From assembly GCA_029941115.1 (NCBI GenBank), contig JAPYRK010000007.1, positions 2,042 to 66,041 of the forward strand: 64,000 nt of DNA. Reading direction: 5' to 3'. The notes under the pieces were generated by a model, which saw only the letters and a program-made list of their open reading frames with translations, was not told where the DNA came from and did no database searches. Positions 19,951-31,352 of the stretch are shown piece after piece; position 1 is the stretch's first letter, and every line of letters starts with the position of its first letter. The stretch is from Dehalococcoidia bacterium. Its GTDB lineage: Bacteria > Chloroflexota > Dehalococcoidia > UBA2979. The translations under genes and the position numbers were made by a program.

Positions 19951-19992
19951 CTAGCTGAATCAAACACTGAATTAACAGTAGGAAAAATAGAC

Positions 19993-21384
19993 ATGCCATC
20001 AGAATTCACTTATAGAACAGAGTCCGATTCTATGGGCTCAATAAATGTACCAAGCGACAAGTATTGGGGTGCGCAGACCCAGCGCTCGATTGAAAATTTT
20101 CCAATAGGTGTAGAAACTATGCCACGTTCGTTAATTCGAGCCATGGGTATCGTAAAAATGGCGGCTGCCAAGGCTAATCATACCCTAGGTTTTTTAGATG
20201 ATATCAAGTCAGATGCGATTCTAACGGCGGCTGATCAAGTAATCTCAGGAAATCTTGATAATCAATTCCCTCTCGTGATTTGGCAAACTGGCTCGGGCAC
20301 TCAAACAAATATGAATGTTAACGAAGTAATATCAAATATCGCTATCGAGGCTCTTGGTGGTGAGGTAGGATCAAAATCCCCTATCCATCCCAACGACGAT
20401 GTCAATATGTCACAGTCGTCAAATGACACATTTCCGGCAGCAATGAGTATCGCAACTGTCGAACAAGTAACGACACATACGATTCCAGGGCTAAGGCACT
20501 TACTGGAATCTCTTTCTGAACGAAGTAAAGCTTTCGAAGGTATTGTCAAAATTGGCCGGACCCACTTGATGGATGCCGTTCCACTCACGCTAGAGCAGGA
20601 ATTTTCTGGGTATGCCACTCAAGTAGCCAGAGGTATCCACAGGCTTGAACTAACACTCACGAATCTTCAAGAATTGGCCTTAGGTGGGACTGCAGTTGGT
20701 ACCGGTCTGAACGCTCCAAATGGATTTGCAACTGAGTCAGCCAGGTATGTTGCTGACTATACCCAACTTCCTTTTATTACTGCACCAAATAAATTTGAAG
20801 CCCTTGCCGCGCATGACGCACAGGTAGAGCTTGCAGGTGCCTTGAATACCGTAGCTGTCTCTCTGATGAAAATAGCCAATGACATTCGGATGCTGGGATC
20901 AGGGCCGCGCGCTGGACTCGGTGAATTAATACTTCCTGCAAATGAGCCAGGATCAAGTATTATGCCCGGAAAAGTCAATCCTACACAATGTGAAGCACTC
21001 ACGATGGTCTGCGCGCAAGTGATGGGAAATGCAGTCACAGTCTCTGTTGGTGGCGCTACAGGACACTTTGAACTGAACGTGTTCAAACCAGTCATTGCAT
21101 ATAATAATCTCCAGTCACTACAACTTCTCGGGGACGCAACCCGATCATTCTCAGATCGGTGCGTCACGGGGATTCTCCCAAATACACAGCGAATTAAAGA
21201 ATTGATGGAATCGAGTCTCATGCTGGTAACCGCACTCAACCCTCATATCGGCTACGACAGCGCTGCAAAAATCGCAAAAAATGCCCACGAAAAATCTATC
21301 ACTTTAAGAGAATCCGCCGTCGAACTAGAAATTATGACCGCGGAACAATATGACGAGTGGGTCCGACCAGACAAAATGGTTTAA
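19993..21384 (+). CDS. fumC: fumarate hydratase class II
   Basis: [13 protein letters not shown] and [16 protein letters not shown] signature. Confidence 0.9.
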   Translation: MPSEFTYRTESDSMGSINVPSDKYWGAQTQRSIENFPIGVETMPRSLIRAMGIVKMAAAKANHTLGFLDDIKSDAILTAADQVISGNLDNQFPLVIWQTGSGTQTNMNVNEVISNIAIEALGGEVGSKSPIHPNDDVNMSQSSNDTFPAAMSIATVEQVTTHTIPGLRHLLESLSERSKAFEGIVKIGRTHLMDAVPLTLEQEFSGYATQVARGIHRLELTLTNLQELALGGTAVGTGLNAPNGFATESARYVADYTQLPFITAPNKFEALAAHDAQVELAGALNTVAVSLMKIANDIRMLGSGPRAGLGELILPANEPGSSIMPGKVNPTQCEALTMVCAQVMGNAVTVSVGGATGHFELNVFKPVIAYNNLQSLQLLGDATRSFSDRCVTGILPNTQRIKELMESSLMLVTALNPHIGYDSAAKIAKNAHEKSITLRESAVELEIMTAEQYDEWVRPDKMV

Positions 21385-21409
21385 CCCAAAATAACCTATC
21401 GATCTTTTG

Positions 21410-22156
21410 CTATTTTTTTAGATTATTAATAAACCGACCAAGAGCTCGCAAAGGATCGTAAAGTTCGTCAGCACGCCTTTCCTTCATTGGAATAATCGCG
21501 TTATCCGTGATTTTTATACCCTCGGGACATACTTCGGTGCAACATTTTGTTATGTTGCAATATTCAAGCCCAAATCCATGTGATACTGTATCCGCTTTTG
21601 CGTTTTGGTCCAAAGGATGCATCGCCACCGACGCGAGTTGAACAAAAAATCTCGGTCCAGCAAAATTATCCTGGTTCTCGGGGTGATCGCGAATAACGTG
21701 ACATACATCCTGACACATATAACATTCAATACACTTATGAAATTCTTGGACCCGCTCAATATCTATCTGTGCCATTCTTCTAACGTCGTTCTCTTCTGGT
21801 TGCACTAGATCGACAAAGGGAATTGTTTTAGCTTTGTCATAGTTGTAGGTCACGTCTGTTACCAAATCCTTAATCAATGGGAAAGCCTTGAGTGGTGCGA
21901 CCTTAATCTCTTCACCCTCTTCAAATTCAGTCATCCGAGTCATGCACTGAAGTTTGGGTTGACCATTAATCTCAGCTGAGCAGGACCCACATTTTCCAGC
22001 CTTACAATTCCAGCGAACAGCTAAGTCTCCAGCCTGAGTTGCCTGCAGCTGATGTATCACATCAAGGACGACCATTCCATCTTGATACTCAACTTCATAT
22101 TTCTCATATTGCCCGTCATCGTCACCACGCCAGATCGTTATATTTGCTGAAGGCAT
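21410..22156 (-). CDS. sdhB: succinate dehydrogenase iron-sulfur subunit
   Basis: 2Fe-2S (CKAGKCGSC) and 4Fe-4S/3Fe-4S Cys clusters. Confidence 0.9.
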   Translation of the reverse strand: MPSANITIWRGDDDGQYEKYEVEYQDGMVVLDVIHQLQATQAGDLAVRWNCKAGKCGSCSAEINGQPKLQCMTRMTEFEEGEEIKVAPLKAFPLIKDLVTDVTYNYDKAKTIPFVDLVQPEENDVRRMAQIDIERVQEFHKCIECYMCQDVCHVIRDHPENQDNFAGPRFFVQLASVAMHPLDQNAKADTVSHGFGLEYCNITKCCTEVCPEGIKITDNAIIPMKERRADELYDPLRALGRFINNLKK

Positions 22157-22170
22157 ATTGACTCCTCCGT

Positions 22171-23961
22171 CTAATCTTTAAATAATTCTGCAAGCTCTTT
22201 CGGCATCTCAGTTAGCGGTTCACGTTTGATGTTCACTTCATCAGAATCGCCGAGCGTAACTACTATGTTTAATTTTCCAAATTCATCTGAAGGGGCCGGA
22301 AAATCCTCGCGAGTATGCCCTCCTCGTGATTCTTCTCGCTCAAGAGCTGCCTTTGCAATTGCCTCCGACATTGAAAGCAAGTGTTGCAAATCCAAAGCAG
22401 TGTGCCATCCTGGGTTGTAACGACGCGTTCCTGACACCGTTACATTTTTTTCACGGCCCTTTAATTGCGCAATCTCAACTAGCGCAGACTCTAGATCTGA
22501 TCTATTACGAATAATTCCGACTTTCGACTGCATGAGTTCTCGCAAATCAGATTGAACGGTGTACGGGTTCTCCGTCCCCTCTGATTCGAAGGGTTTTGCA
22601 ATTCTGCTAACAGCCTCTTCAATCTGCTGTTTATCGAGAGTCGAATGATCCATCTGAATTGCACGTTCTGCAGCAAATTCGCCTGCTCTTTTTCCAAATA
22701 CCAACAGGTCCGAAAGAGAATTACCGCCTAATCTATTGGATCCATGAAGTCCTGCGGCCACCTCGCCTGCGGCATATAAGCCACCAATACTCGTTGCCGC
22801 GCTTTCAGGATCAACTCTCACACCGCCCATAACATAGTGTGCGGTCGGGCCTACTTCCATAGATTCTTTTGTGATATCGACTCCGGCAAGTTCTCGAAAT
22901 TGATGATACATGGATGGAAGTCGTCTCTTTATATAGTCAGCATCCCGTCTACCCGCTATGTCTAAGTAGACGCCACCAGAAGGACTCCCTCGCCCAGCCT
23001 TTACCTCTGAGTTAATAGCTCTCGCGACCTCGTCACGTGGAAGTAAATCCGGCGTTCGGCGAGCGTTCTCCTTGTCCGTATACCATCGATCTGCCTCTTC
23101 TTCAGTATCTGCCGTTTCAGATGCAAACATAGGTGGGATGTAGTTAAACATAAATCGTTCACCAAGAGAATTCCGAAGGGTACCTCCGTCTCCTCTAACT
23201 CCCTCAGTTACTAAAATTCCTTTGACAGAGGCTGGTGCAACCATTCCTGTCGGATGAAATTGAACAAACTCCATATCAATCATCTCAGCGCCTGCATTCA
23301 TAGCTAACGAATGGCCATCGCCAGTACCTTCCCAAGAATTTGAGGTGACTGACCAGATTCGACCCAATCCTCCAGTCGCCATTATCACCGACTTAGCTCG
23401 AAACTGAACAAGTTCCCCTGTTTCACGCCAATAACCGACTGCTCCGTTAACTTCAGAATCATTCACAAGTAGTTGATTAATTGTGCACTCAGAGAAAACA
23501 TCAATATCTTCCGCAACCGACTTCTGCTGCAGAATTCTAATCATCTCAAGTCCAGTGCGGTCACCAACGTGAGCAAGGCGAGCATATCGGTGGCCACCAA
23601 AATCTCTCTGCAGAATACGTCCATCTGGAGTGCGGTCAAAAAGAGCTCCCCAACTCTCTAATTCAAGTACCCGATCTGGAGCTTCCTGTGCATGAATTTG
23701 CGCCATCCTCCAATTATTGAGCATTTTTCCACCACGCATGGTGTCACGAAAATGTACTTTCCAGTTGTCTTGCTCCCATACATTTCCCATCGCAGCAGCC
23801 ATCCCACCTTCGGCCATCACAGTGTGCGCCTTACCAAGTAATGATTTGGTAATAATCGCAGTCTTGCAACCGCGCGCTGTTGCCTCAACTGCAGCACGGA
23901 GTCCCGCACCACCAGCTCCGATAATTAGAACGTCATAATCATGAGATTCAACAGATACCAT
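22171..23961 (-). CDS. sdhA: succinate dehydrogenase flavoprotein subunit
   Basis: DVLIIGAGGAGLRAA FAD-binding start, 596 aa. Confidence 0.9.
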   Translation of the reverse strand: MVSVESHDYDVLIIGAGGAGLRAAVEATARGCKTAIITKSLLGKAHTVMAEGGMAAAMGNVWEQDNWKVHFRDTMRGGKMLNNWRMAQIHAQEAPDRVLELESWGALFDRTPDGRILQRDFGGHRYARLAHVGDRTGLEMIRILQQKSVAEDIDVFSECTINQLLVNDSEVNGAVGYWRETGELVQFRAKSVIMATGGLGRIWSVTSNSWEGTGDGHSLAMNAGAEMIDMEFVQFHPTGMVAPASVKGILVTEGVRGDGGTLRNSLGERFMFNYIPPMFASETADTEEEADRWYTDKENARRTPDLLPRDEVARAINSEVKAGRGSPSGGVYLDIAGRRDADYIKRRLPSMYHQFRELAGVDITKESMEVGPTAHYVMGGVRVDPESAATSIGGLYAAGEVAAGLHGSNRLGGNSLSDLLVFGKRAGEFAAERAIQMDHSTLDKQQIEEAVSRIAKPFESEGTENPYTVQSDLRELMQSKVGIIRNRSDLESALVEIAQLKGREKNVTVSGTRRYNPGWHTALDLQHLLSMSEAIAKAALEREESRGGHTREDFPAPSDEFGKLNIVVTLGDSDEVNIKREPLTEMPKELAELFKD

Positions 23962-23995
23962 TTAAGTCCTCATTCGCTTCGAGATTGCATATAGG

Positions 23996-24799
23996 TTAAA
24001 AGTTTGGCCAAGTATTAAAGTCGGTGATTGCTCCATTTGCCACAAGTCTCACATACAAGTCTGAGAGACCTACCCAAATCAAGCTAATCCATGCCCAACG
24101 ACGATGCTTCTCATTAGCTATCGTAAATAGTTCCCACAGCCAGTAGCGGATTCTACGATATCGTGATTTAGAAAATTGGTTTAGTCCACCCGCAACCCAA
24201 TGGCGCAGCGAGTGGCAACCTACTAAATACATAGTCAAAAAGCCAGCGTTGAGAGTTAAAATAATACTTCCTATTCCGATACCAAATTCTCCATCCAGCC
24301 AAAATGACCTAATCGCACCGTAAAATAAAATCGGTACGAAAATTAAAGCTACGTACATAAACCATCGATGCAGGTTTTGAATAATAAGCGGGAACGTGCT
24401 CTCTCCACTATAGCTGGAGGCTGGTTCACGAATAGCACAACCAGGGGGGCTCAGAAAGTATGAACGATAATAGGTTTTTCGGTAGTAATAACAAGTTGTT
24501 CGAAAACCCAGAGGAGCCCACAGTATGAACAAGGCCGGTGAAAGCCAAATCGGCAACCATCCAGGGTGAATTAGTGGTTCAAAAAAAGGAGAGAGATAGG
24601 GACCAGATTCATAGGCAAGTATTGGTGCCTCAGCTGATCCTCCACCCAGCAACATCGCTGAAATTGTGGAATAAATTACAAATAGAAAGAGACCAGAACC
24701 AGTAATTAGTGGCTCTGCCCACCATCGATCTTTTCGATGAGTTAACCCGTATCGAGCCTCAAGTGCATCCGTATTCACAGTATTTGAAGCCATAGTCAC
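23996..24799 (-). CDS. sdhC: succinate dehydrogenase membrane anchor, single large cytochrome b subunit (type-B-like)
   Basis: 267-aa polytopic protein with conserved His residues, directly upstream of sdhA-sdhB. No sdhD present. Confidence 0.6.
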   Translation of the reverse strand: MTMASNTVNTDALEARYGLTHRKDRWWAEPLITGSGLFLFVIYSTISAMLLGGGSAEAPILAYESGPYLSPFFEPLIHPGWLPIWLSPALFILWAPLGFRTTCYYYRKTYYRSYFLSPPGCAIREPASSYSGESTFPLIIQNLHRWFMYVALIFVPILFYGAIRSFWLDGEFGIGIGSIILTLNAGFLTMYLVGCHSLRHWVAGGLNQFSKSRYRRIRYWLWELFTIANEKHRRWAWISLIWVGLSDLYVRLVANGAITDFNTWPNF

Positions 24800-24890
24800 T
24801 CCATCACTCAGTGTCGTTTATCAATAATAGCTCGCTAGGGCCTGACGATCGACTCACCCCAGTGCTATTCGAAAAAATAATCATGCAAAC

Positions 24891-25448
24891 TTACTGTGAA
24901 GAAGACACAAACATTTTGTAGTAAGTAAAAGCTAAAATTGTTTTGGCATCTTCCATTCTGCCTGACAAAATCAGTTCCTCGATTGCGGTTGGCTTCATTC
25001 GAATGGGATCACCTATGCGCTCACCAAAATCTTGAGCGAGTGGTGAGTGCTCAAGTTGAGATGCTAAAAAAAAATCTATGTACTCAGTACACCAGCCAGG
25101 TGCCATCCATGCTCCGCCGATACGAGTTAAACTCTTGGCTGAATAACCTGTTTCCTCTCGTAACTCACGAGCCGCAGTGACATCGGCTGGTTCGCCGACT
25201 TCCCTCGTTCCAGCGGGGATTTCAAGAAGTACTCTTCGTGTCGAATGCCTGTACTGCTCGATCATCAGCCAATCACCGAACTCGTCCTCAGCGATGATCG
25301 CAACAGCGCCGGGGTGAGAAACTATGTCGCGACTAATCTCGATTCCATCCTTGAAACGAAGTTTGTCGGTAGACACCGAAAATTTTCTGGTAGTTAGCAA
25401 TTGCTCATTGGAGATAATAGTGGGTATGTCGTCCTCAGATTCAATCAA
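24891..25448 (-). CDS. NUDIX hydrolase (ADP-ribose pyrophosphatase-like)
   Basis: Nudix box GTREVGEPADVTAARELREETGY. Confidence 0.75.
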   Translation of the reverse strand: MIESEDDIPTIISNEQLLTTRKFSVSTDKLRFKDGIEISRDIVSHPGAVAIIAEDEFGDWLMIEQYRHSTRRVLLEIPAGTREVGEPADVTAARELREETGYSAKSLTRIGGAWMAPGWCTEYIDFFLASQLEHSPLAQDFGERIGDPIRMKPTAIEELILSGRMEDAKTILAFTYYKMFVSSSQ

Positions 25449-25475
25449 ACCAATCTCCCTATGAATCCTCTGTTA

Positions 25476-25976
25476 TTAAGTCAATTCCAGAACCATAGCA
25501 ATTTCGTCGCAGCTGGGAAATTTAGGACATCGATAACATTCGTTCCAAACTTTTCTCGGAAGATTCATCACGTCAGCTTTCACCCAGCCAAGTCGTTCAA
25601 AGAAATCTGGTTGGTAGGTCAAAGCAAACACTCGTGCAAGACCTAAACGTCGTGCTTCATCCACACAGGAGTTCACTAGTAACGCGCCTAAACCCTTGCC
25701 CTGCATCTTCTCGTCAACAGCAACAGATTTAACCTCCGCTAAATCAGACCACACGAGGTGCAACGCTGCGCAGCCAACGATATTATCATCAGATCTTACA
25801 ACATAAAAATCACGAAGATGCTCATAGGTTTCACCCAGAGTTCTCGGCAACATCTGGCCCTGGGCTGCCCAGTAGTTTACAAGTTGTGCAATCCCAGCTC
25901 CATCAATCATCTGAGCTCGAATTATTTCCCCGTTAGAAACTTTCTCAACAGTTAATTTTTCATTCACGTTCATCAT
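25476..25976 (-). CDS. GNAT family N-acetyltransferase (short ArgA-like size)
   Basis: Acetyl-CoA binding motif QGKGLGALL. C-terminal CxxC-like motif CYRCPKFPSC. Confidence 0.65.
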   Translation of the reverse strand: MMNVNEKLTVEKVSNGEIIRAQMIDGAGIAQLVNYWAAQGQMLPRTLGETYEHLRDFYVVRSDDNIVGCAALHLVWSDLAEVKSVAVDEKMQGKGLGALLVNSCVDEARRLGLARVFALTYQPDFFERLGWVKADVMNLPRKVWNECYRCPKFPSCDEIAMVLELT

Positions 25977-25987
25977 TAAATCTTATA

Positions 25988-26920
25988 CTAGTTAGGTTCA
26001 TTCGGATTGTCATGCACAGACACATAATCTGCTCTCAGCCAACCCAATCTTTTTGCCACTTTCGAATAAAAATCGTGTCCACCATTAGTGGTAACAAATT
26101 TAGCTACCCGATCTGAGCTCTTTACCATGATAGAGTCTCCATTATTCAGGTGGTGCTGGCGAATACCATCAAAACTAAGGAGTGCGCCACTTTCATTTCC
26201 TCGAACTAAAGTTAACTTGATTTCAGACTGAGGCAGGACTATTAAACTATTAGATCTTGTTAGGTGAGGAGCGACAGGCGTCATTAAAATCGAACGTTCG
26301 GATGGATGTAAAACCGGACCACCTGCAGATAATGAGTATCCCGTAGATCCGGTCGCCGTGGCAATAATGACTGCATCAGCTCGGTACTCGGCAACTAGTG
26401 TCCCATCAATTTCCGCTAGTATCGAAATTGTACTGCCTATTGAATCACGGCCAATAACAATATCATTTAACGCTGAAAACGACGCACCGTGACCCACCAC
26501 CAAGCCATCAATTAAATTTCTTTCAAATAATAATGATCGATTTTCCATAACTTCTCTGAGGGTTTGCTGGATCTCCGATTCAATTACTTCGGCCAAAAAA
26601 CCAAGTCGGCCCAGTCTTATACCAAGTACAGGTATATTACGTGACGAAACAAGCTCGAATGCCTTCAGCACAGTACCATCACCTCCGACACAAATTAGAA
26701 GATCGGTTTCCTCAATGGAACTTGAAAGTTTTTCTCTGAATGTCTCAGAGAATGACTGCGGAAGTGGCAGTGTCCACGCGCTGACAGCATACTGCCCTAA
26801 CCAGTTGTTTACTCCCGTGCAAATCTCCTCTGCCTCTGAAAAGTGTTCAGGGAAACACAGCCCAATCTTCCGGGGGGCAGGAAATGCAGTTGCAGCAGTA
26901 AGCGAATTTTTTAAAGTCAT
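25988..26920 (-). CDS. nadK: NAD+ kinase
   Basis: GGDGTVL and NDIVIG motifs. Confidence 0.85.
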   Translation of the reverse strand: MTLKNSLTAATAFPAPRKIGLCFPEHFSEAEEICTGVNNWLGQYAVSAWTLPLPQSFSETFREKLSSSIEETDLLICVGGDGTVLKAFELVSSRNIPVLGIRLGRLGFLAEVIESEIQQTLREVMENRSLLFERNLIDGLVVGHGASFSALNDIVIGRDSIGSTISILAEIDGTLVAEYRADAVIIATATGSTGYSLSAGGPVLHPSERSILMTPVAPHLTRSNSLIVLPQSEIKLTLVRGNESGALLSFDGIRQHHLNNGDSIMVKSSDRVAKFVTTNGGHDFYSKVAKRLGWLRADYVSVHDNPNEPN

Positions 26921-26951
26921 TAAACAATCCTATATGAATTTCTCGTACCCA

Positions 26952-27755
26952 CTATATAGGCTCAGCCTTTGGTTTTAATAATCTAAGGAAAAACTCCATA
27001 TTTCCAGCTGGTCCCTTCAAGGGAGAGCGAATAATTCCATTAATTCGCAGCCCTAACTCCATAGCACAGATTCCTATCTCCAAAACCGTGCGTGCGTGAA
27101 CTCTCGAATCTCGGACTACCCCACCTTTTAATATCTCTGACCGCTTCGCTTCAAATTGAGGTTTGACAAGTATCAATACCTCCGCTTCTGGCCTAATCGC
27201 CTCAAAAAGCGAGGGAAGTATCTTCCTCGCCGAAATAAACGACACATCCATTACAGCAAGGTCTATAACTTTATTAAAATTCGGTAAATTTCGAGCGTTA
27301 GTACGCTCAAAAATAGTTACACGTTGATCATTGCGTAGGTTCACGTGCAATTCGCCATAAGCGACATCAACGGCCAATACATGTGCAGCCCCATTCTGCA
27401 AAAGGCAATCCGTAAACCCACCTGTTGAAACACCGATATCCAAGCAGGTCTTATCTTTAACTTCTATCGCCGTTCTTGACAACGCGTGAGCTAATTTATC
27501 TCCGCCGCGTGAGACGTAACGAGGTTTCTCAATTAATGTCAATTCTGAATCAGACCAAACTCGCATACTCGGTTGTGCAGCGGTTACTCCATCTACTGTG
27601 ACCTCACGTGCAAGCACAAACGCACGTGCACGATCTCTACCAGAGACTAAGCCTTGTTCCACCAGCAACTGATCAAGTCGGATTCGTGTCTTCGATCCAA
27701 TGGTTCTCAACAACTCATCGCAGACTCTAAGCTGATTTAGATTCTTCAAATGCAC
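26952..27755 (-). CDS. tlyA: TlyA family rRNA 2'-O-methyltransferase (S4 domain + FtsJ-like MTase)
   Basis: [25 protein letters not shown]4 domain, followed by a SAM-methyltransferase fold. The annotated start overlaps the clpX 3' end, so the true start may be the in-frame TTG just past the clpX stop. Confidence 0.8.
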   Translation of the reverse strand: MHLKNLNQLRVCDELLRTIGSKTRIRLDQLLVEQGLVSGRDRARAFVLAREVTVDGVTAAQPSMRVWSDSELTLIEKPRYVSRGGDKLAHALSRTAIEVKDKTCLDIGVSTGGFTDCLLQNGAAHVLAVDVAYGELHVNLRNDQRVTIFERTNARNLPNFNKVIDLAVMDVSFISARKILPSLFEAIRPEAEVLILVKPQFEAKRSEILKGGVVRDSRVHARTVLEIGICAMELGLRINGIIRSPLKGPAGNMEFFLRLLKPKAEPI

Positions 27756-29031
27756 CTGCGTCAGATGCGGTCATCAATAGCGGCCGTTGACTATCCTCCA
27801 CTGTTTCACTCGTTATGACACATGTCTTGATGTCTGTACGACTCGGAATCTCAAACATAGTTTCCATAAGAATTTGCTCAAGAACTGTTCTTAAGCCACG
27901 AGCTCCTGTACGTTGTCCCAATGCTTTTTTTGCGACCGCTGTTAATGCCTCAGCAGTAATCTGAAGTTCAACCCCATCAATTTTAAACATATGTTGAAAT
28001 TGTTTTAATACAGCATTCTTGGGTTGGGTAAGAATATTAGTCATCATCTCCAAATCAAGAGGCGTCAAAGTTGAAATTACTGGAAGGCGCCCTACAAATT
28101 CAGGAATCAACCCATACTGCAAAAGATCATCATGTGTCACATGTTTTAGTATCTCAGCTTTCTCAATTTCTTTGCTCACTTCAGACGAGTTAACTGTGTC
28201 AAACCCAAGAGGTCGGTTGGTAATACCTCGCCGGCGACCAATCACATCTTCCAGCCCTTCGAAGGCACCACCACAAATAAATAAAACGTTTGACGTATCA
28301 AATTGTAGAAATTCCTGATGTGGATGTTTTCGGCCACCTTGCGGTGGAACTGACGCAACTACTCCTTCAATAATTTTAAGTAATGCCTGTTGAACGCCCT
28401 CACCTGAAACATCTCGCGTAATCGACGGGTTATCAGTCTTGCGAGAAACTTTATCTATTTCATCAATATAAATAATTCCTCTTTCCGCCCGTTGCATATC
28501 GAAATCAGCAGCCTCGAGGAGACGGAGAAGAATATTTTCCACATCTTCACCGACGTAGCCTGCTTCCGTGAGTGCGGTTGCATCCGCAATCGAAAAAGGA
28601 ACTTCCAAAATTCTAGCCAGTGTACGTGCAAATTCAGTTTTACCAGTTCCAGTACCGCCAATCAATAAAATATTTGACTTGTCTAACTCAATATCCGAAT
28701 CCCACTTTGCGTCGACTCGCTTATAGTGGTTGTAGACCGCAACAGCCAATACCTTCTTGGTCTGTTCCTGTCCGACTATAAAATCATCCAGAATACTTAC
28801 GATTTGCTCTGGTGTCCAAGAAAACTCGGCGTTCGTATCGGTCTCATTGAGAGTCTCAGCTACCGGATTTTCCTCTTCAGTAATGATGTCTTGACAGAGT
28901 CTTACGCATTCGTTGCAGATATATACTGATCCAGGACCCGCAATCAGTCGATTGACCTGATCTTGATTTTTCCCACAAAACGAACAGTGATACTGCGTTC
29001 TACCGCGTTTATTACTAGCACCTGTGGTCAT
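27727..29031 (-). CDS. clpX: ATP-dependent Clp protease ATP-binding subunit ClpX
   Basis: N-terminal C4 zinc finger CSFCGK...CNEC, Walker A GGTGTGKT, 434 aa. Confidence 0.9.
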   Translation of the reverse strand: MTTGASNKRGRTQYHCSFCGKNQDQVNRLIAGPGSVYICNECVRLCQDIITEEENPVAETLNETDTNAEFSWTPEQIVSILDDFIVGQEQTKKVLAVAVYNHYKRVDAKWDSDIELDKSNILLIGGTGTGKTEFARTLARILEVPFSIADATALTEAGYVGEDVENILLRLLEAADFDMQRAERGIIYIDEIDKVSRKTDNPSITRDVSGEGVQQALLKIIEGVVASVPPQGGRKHPHQEFLQFDTSNVLFICGGAFEGLEDVIGRRRGITNRPLGFDTVNSSEVSKEIEKAEILKHVTHDDLLQYGLIPEFVGRLPVISTLTPLDLEMMTNILTQPKNAVLKQFQHMFKIDGVELQITAEALTAVAKKALGQRTGARGLRTVLEQILMETMFEIPSRTDIKTCVITSETVEDSQRPLLMTASDAGAFEESKSA

Positions 29032-29121
29032 TAGGTTTCATCACTTCCCTGGTAGAGTTTATTCTCTGCTCTGAAGTTAACGCATACCATTCAATCTTGT
29101 TACCCGTAAAAAATCAGAAAG

Positions 29122-29766
29122 CTATTCGGAAACTTTCTTCTGCAATAACTCGTCAACTAGCCCATACTCCTTAGCCTCATCAGCCGTAAGATAGATATCT
29201 CTATCGGTATCTTGCTTTATTCGATCCATCGACTGACCAGAAGCATCAGCAAGAATTTGACGAATTTTCTCATTATTGCGAATAAGCTCTCGAGCTTGAA
29301 TTTCGACATCAGACGCCTGTCCAGATCCGCCACCAAGAGCCTGATGCATATGAATAGTTGAATTAGGAAGAGCAAATCGCTTGCCTTTTTCTCCTGCTGA
29401 CAAAAGCACAGTTCCCATAGATGCTGTAACACCAACCGCGATCGTACTCACATCTGCGCGAATCAAATTCATAGTGTCGAAAATTGCCAACCCAGCATAA
29501 ATCATCCCACCTGGGGAATTAATATATATCGATATATCACGGTCGGGTTCCTCGCGCTCCAAAAATAAGAGCTGAGCGACAATGGTATTTGCAACCTGAT
29601 CATCGATCGCTGTTCCTAAGAAAATTATTCGCTCCTTAAGTAAAAGAGAATAAATATCATAGGCACGCTCACCTCGAGCAGTCTGCTCAACCACCATAGG
29701 GACAATATTTTGAGGAGTGAGAAAACTTTCAGAAAAATCCTGAAGTCTTGGTGCTTGATAAGTCAT
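29122..29766 (-). CDS. clpP: ATP-dependent Clp protease proteolytic subunit
   Basis: ClpP fold with active-site Ser region TASMGT and His/Asp downstream. Confidence 0.9.
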   Translation of the reverse strand: MTYQAPRLQDFSESFLTPQNIVPMVVEQTARGERAYDIYSLLLKERIIFLGTAIDDQVANTIVAQLLFLEREEPDRDISIYINSPGGMIYAGLAIFDTMNLIRADVSTIAVGVTASMGTVLLSAGEKGKRFALPNSTIHMHQALGGGSGQASDVEIQARELIRNNEKIRQILADASGQSMDRIKQDTDRDIYLTADEAKEYGLVDELLQKKVSE

Positions 29767-29807
29767 GCTATTTCCTTTTCGTTATATTAGTGGCCCATCA
29801 TTTAACT

Positions 29808-31265
29808 TTAGCTTGGTTCAGTATTCTCGGATACAGCCTCATCAGTCGCGGTTGCCTTACTTCTACGAGACCCTCGTCGGGAAGTCTTCGGTTTCTCAGT
29901 CGATAACTCGCTATCGTCGACTAAAGCTTCAGGTTCAGCTGTACAAATCTCTTCAAGTCTTGCAAGCGCATTATCAATAACTTGCTGACTCGCCAAGGTC
30001 CGTCGGTAATCTGGGGTATCGATCAGCTGTCTCGCCTGAGTCTCTAGGCCTTCTTGACCACTGGTAATCGATTCAATAGCAGTATCAATTTGATCATCAA
30101 CTGCTTCAGCATCTACTTCGATTTTTTCAACTGTCGACAACTCACTGAGGGCAAGTTCACGCCTAAGGCTTATAGTCGCATTGTCATGAAGAGCTGAGCG
30201 AACTTCCTCCTCACTTTGACCAATTGATTCTAGCCATTGCTCCAACCCTTCTTGCGTATGTGATGCGTGATTCGACTCACGATCAATCATTTGATCGATT
30301 GCTCTTTCCACAAGAATATTTGGATACTCGATAGACGCCGTTGCGAGGAGGAGATCGAGGATCTCTTCTCTATAATCATTCTTTATTTTTGCATCAACGT
30401 TTTCCTGCAACTGCTTTGTAAGACTCGCTTGCAGTTCAGAAACAGTAGTAATTCCCTCTTCATCAAGAGAAATAACAAATTCATCGTCGACCTGAGGGAG
30501 TGTCTCCTCCTTGATCTCTTTAATCACAATTGTGAATTTTGCGCTTCTCCCTATTAGGCCCTCAGGTAAGTCTTCGGCATTAAGTTCATATTCGATTACT
30601 TGATCATCTTCACTAACGTTCAAGCCGATCAACTGTTCAGCTAGGCCTGGTAACAAAGCTACTTCATTCTCTCGGACGGGGAACTCAGTATCTTCCTCTG
30701 TCTGATCAACCGCTTCATCTGTTGCACCAGAGTCGTTCTCGCGTTCGGGAATTTCTACCCTAAAATCACCTCTAATAAAATCATTCCAGGCGACCGAACG
30801 ATCAACTGGCTCCAGAATGGCAAATCGCCTCTGAATATTCAAAATAGCTTCAGCTTTCTGCTCCTCAGTAACATCCAGTTCTTGTTTGGGAGCACGTAAA
30901 GCTTCGTACTCACCAAGGTCTACGGTCGGGGTGACAGGCATCTTAGCAACGATAACCAGGGGATCTCGAGACTTTAAGTCCACGTCTTCAGCTGGGCCAA
31001 CAATGTTAATTCCTTCTTCTTTAACCGCTTCTTCGACAATTAGTGGCAATAGCTCATCAATTGCCGTCGCAAATACTTGCTCCGCGCCCACGGATGCCTC
31101 AACGGCGCGTCTGGGAGCTTTACCTGGCCTAAATCCTTTAATTTTTACCTGCTGTGAAATTTTCCGAACAGCTTTTTCCATTGACTTTTCAACTCGTTCA
31201 GGTTCAACCTCAATTTCTAATGAGATTAAAGAGTCCGGAAGTCGTTCAGATGTTATTGCTGTCAT
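29808..31265 (-). CDS. tig: trigger factor
   Basis: N-terminal ribosome-binding domain with GFRPGKAPR motif, then PPIase and C-terminal domains. 485 aa with a charged tail. Confidence 0.9.
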   Translation of the reverse strand: MTAITSERLPDSLISLEIEVEPERVEKSMEKAVRKISQQVKIKGFRPGKAPRRAVEASVGAEQVFATAIDELLPLIVEEAVKEEGINIVGPAEDVDLKSRDPLVIVAKMPVTPTVDLGEYEALRAPKQELDVTEEQKAEAILNIQRRFAILEPVDRSVAWNDFIRGDFRVEIPERENDSGATDEAVDQTEEDTEFPVRENEVALLPGLAEQLIGLNVSEDDQVIEYELNAEDLPEGLIGRSAKFTIVIKEIKEETLPQVDDEFVISLDEEGITTVSELQASLTKQLQENVDAKIKNDYREEILDLLLATASIEYPNILVERAIDQMIDRESNHASHTQEGLEQWLESIGQSEEEVRSALHDNATISLRRELALSELSTVEKIEVDAEAVDDQIDTAIESITSGQEGLETQARQLIDTPDYRRTLASQQVIDNALARLEEICTAEPEALVDDSELSTEKPKTSRRGSRRSKATATDEAVSENTEPS

Positions 31266-31352
31266 TACTATTCCTCAAGTCTTTCACCAGTCAAAATAAA
31301 GCCGTCTCTAACGAGACGACTCTTGATCCTATCACAGCATTCAGTCAACGAA

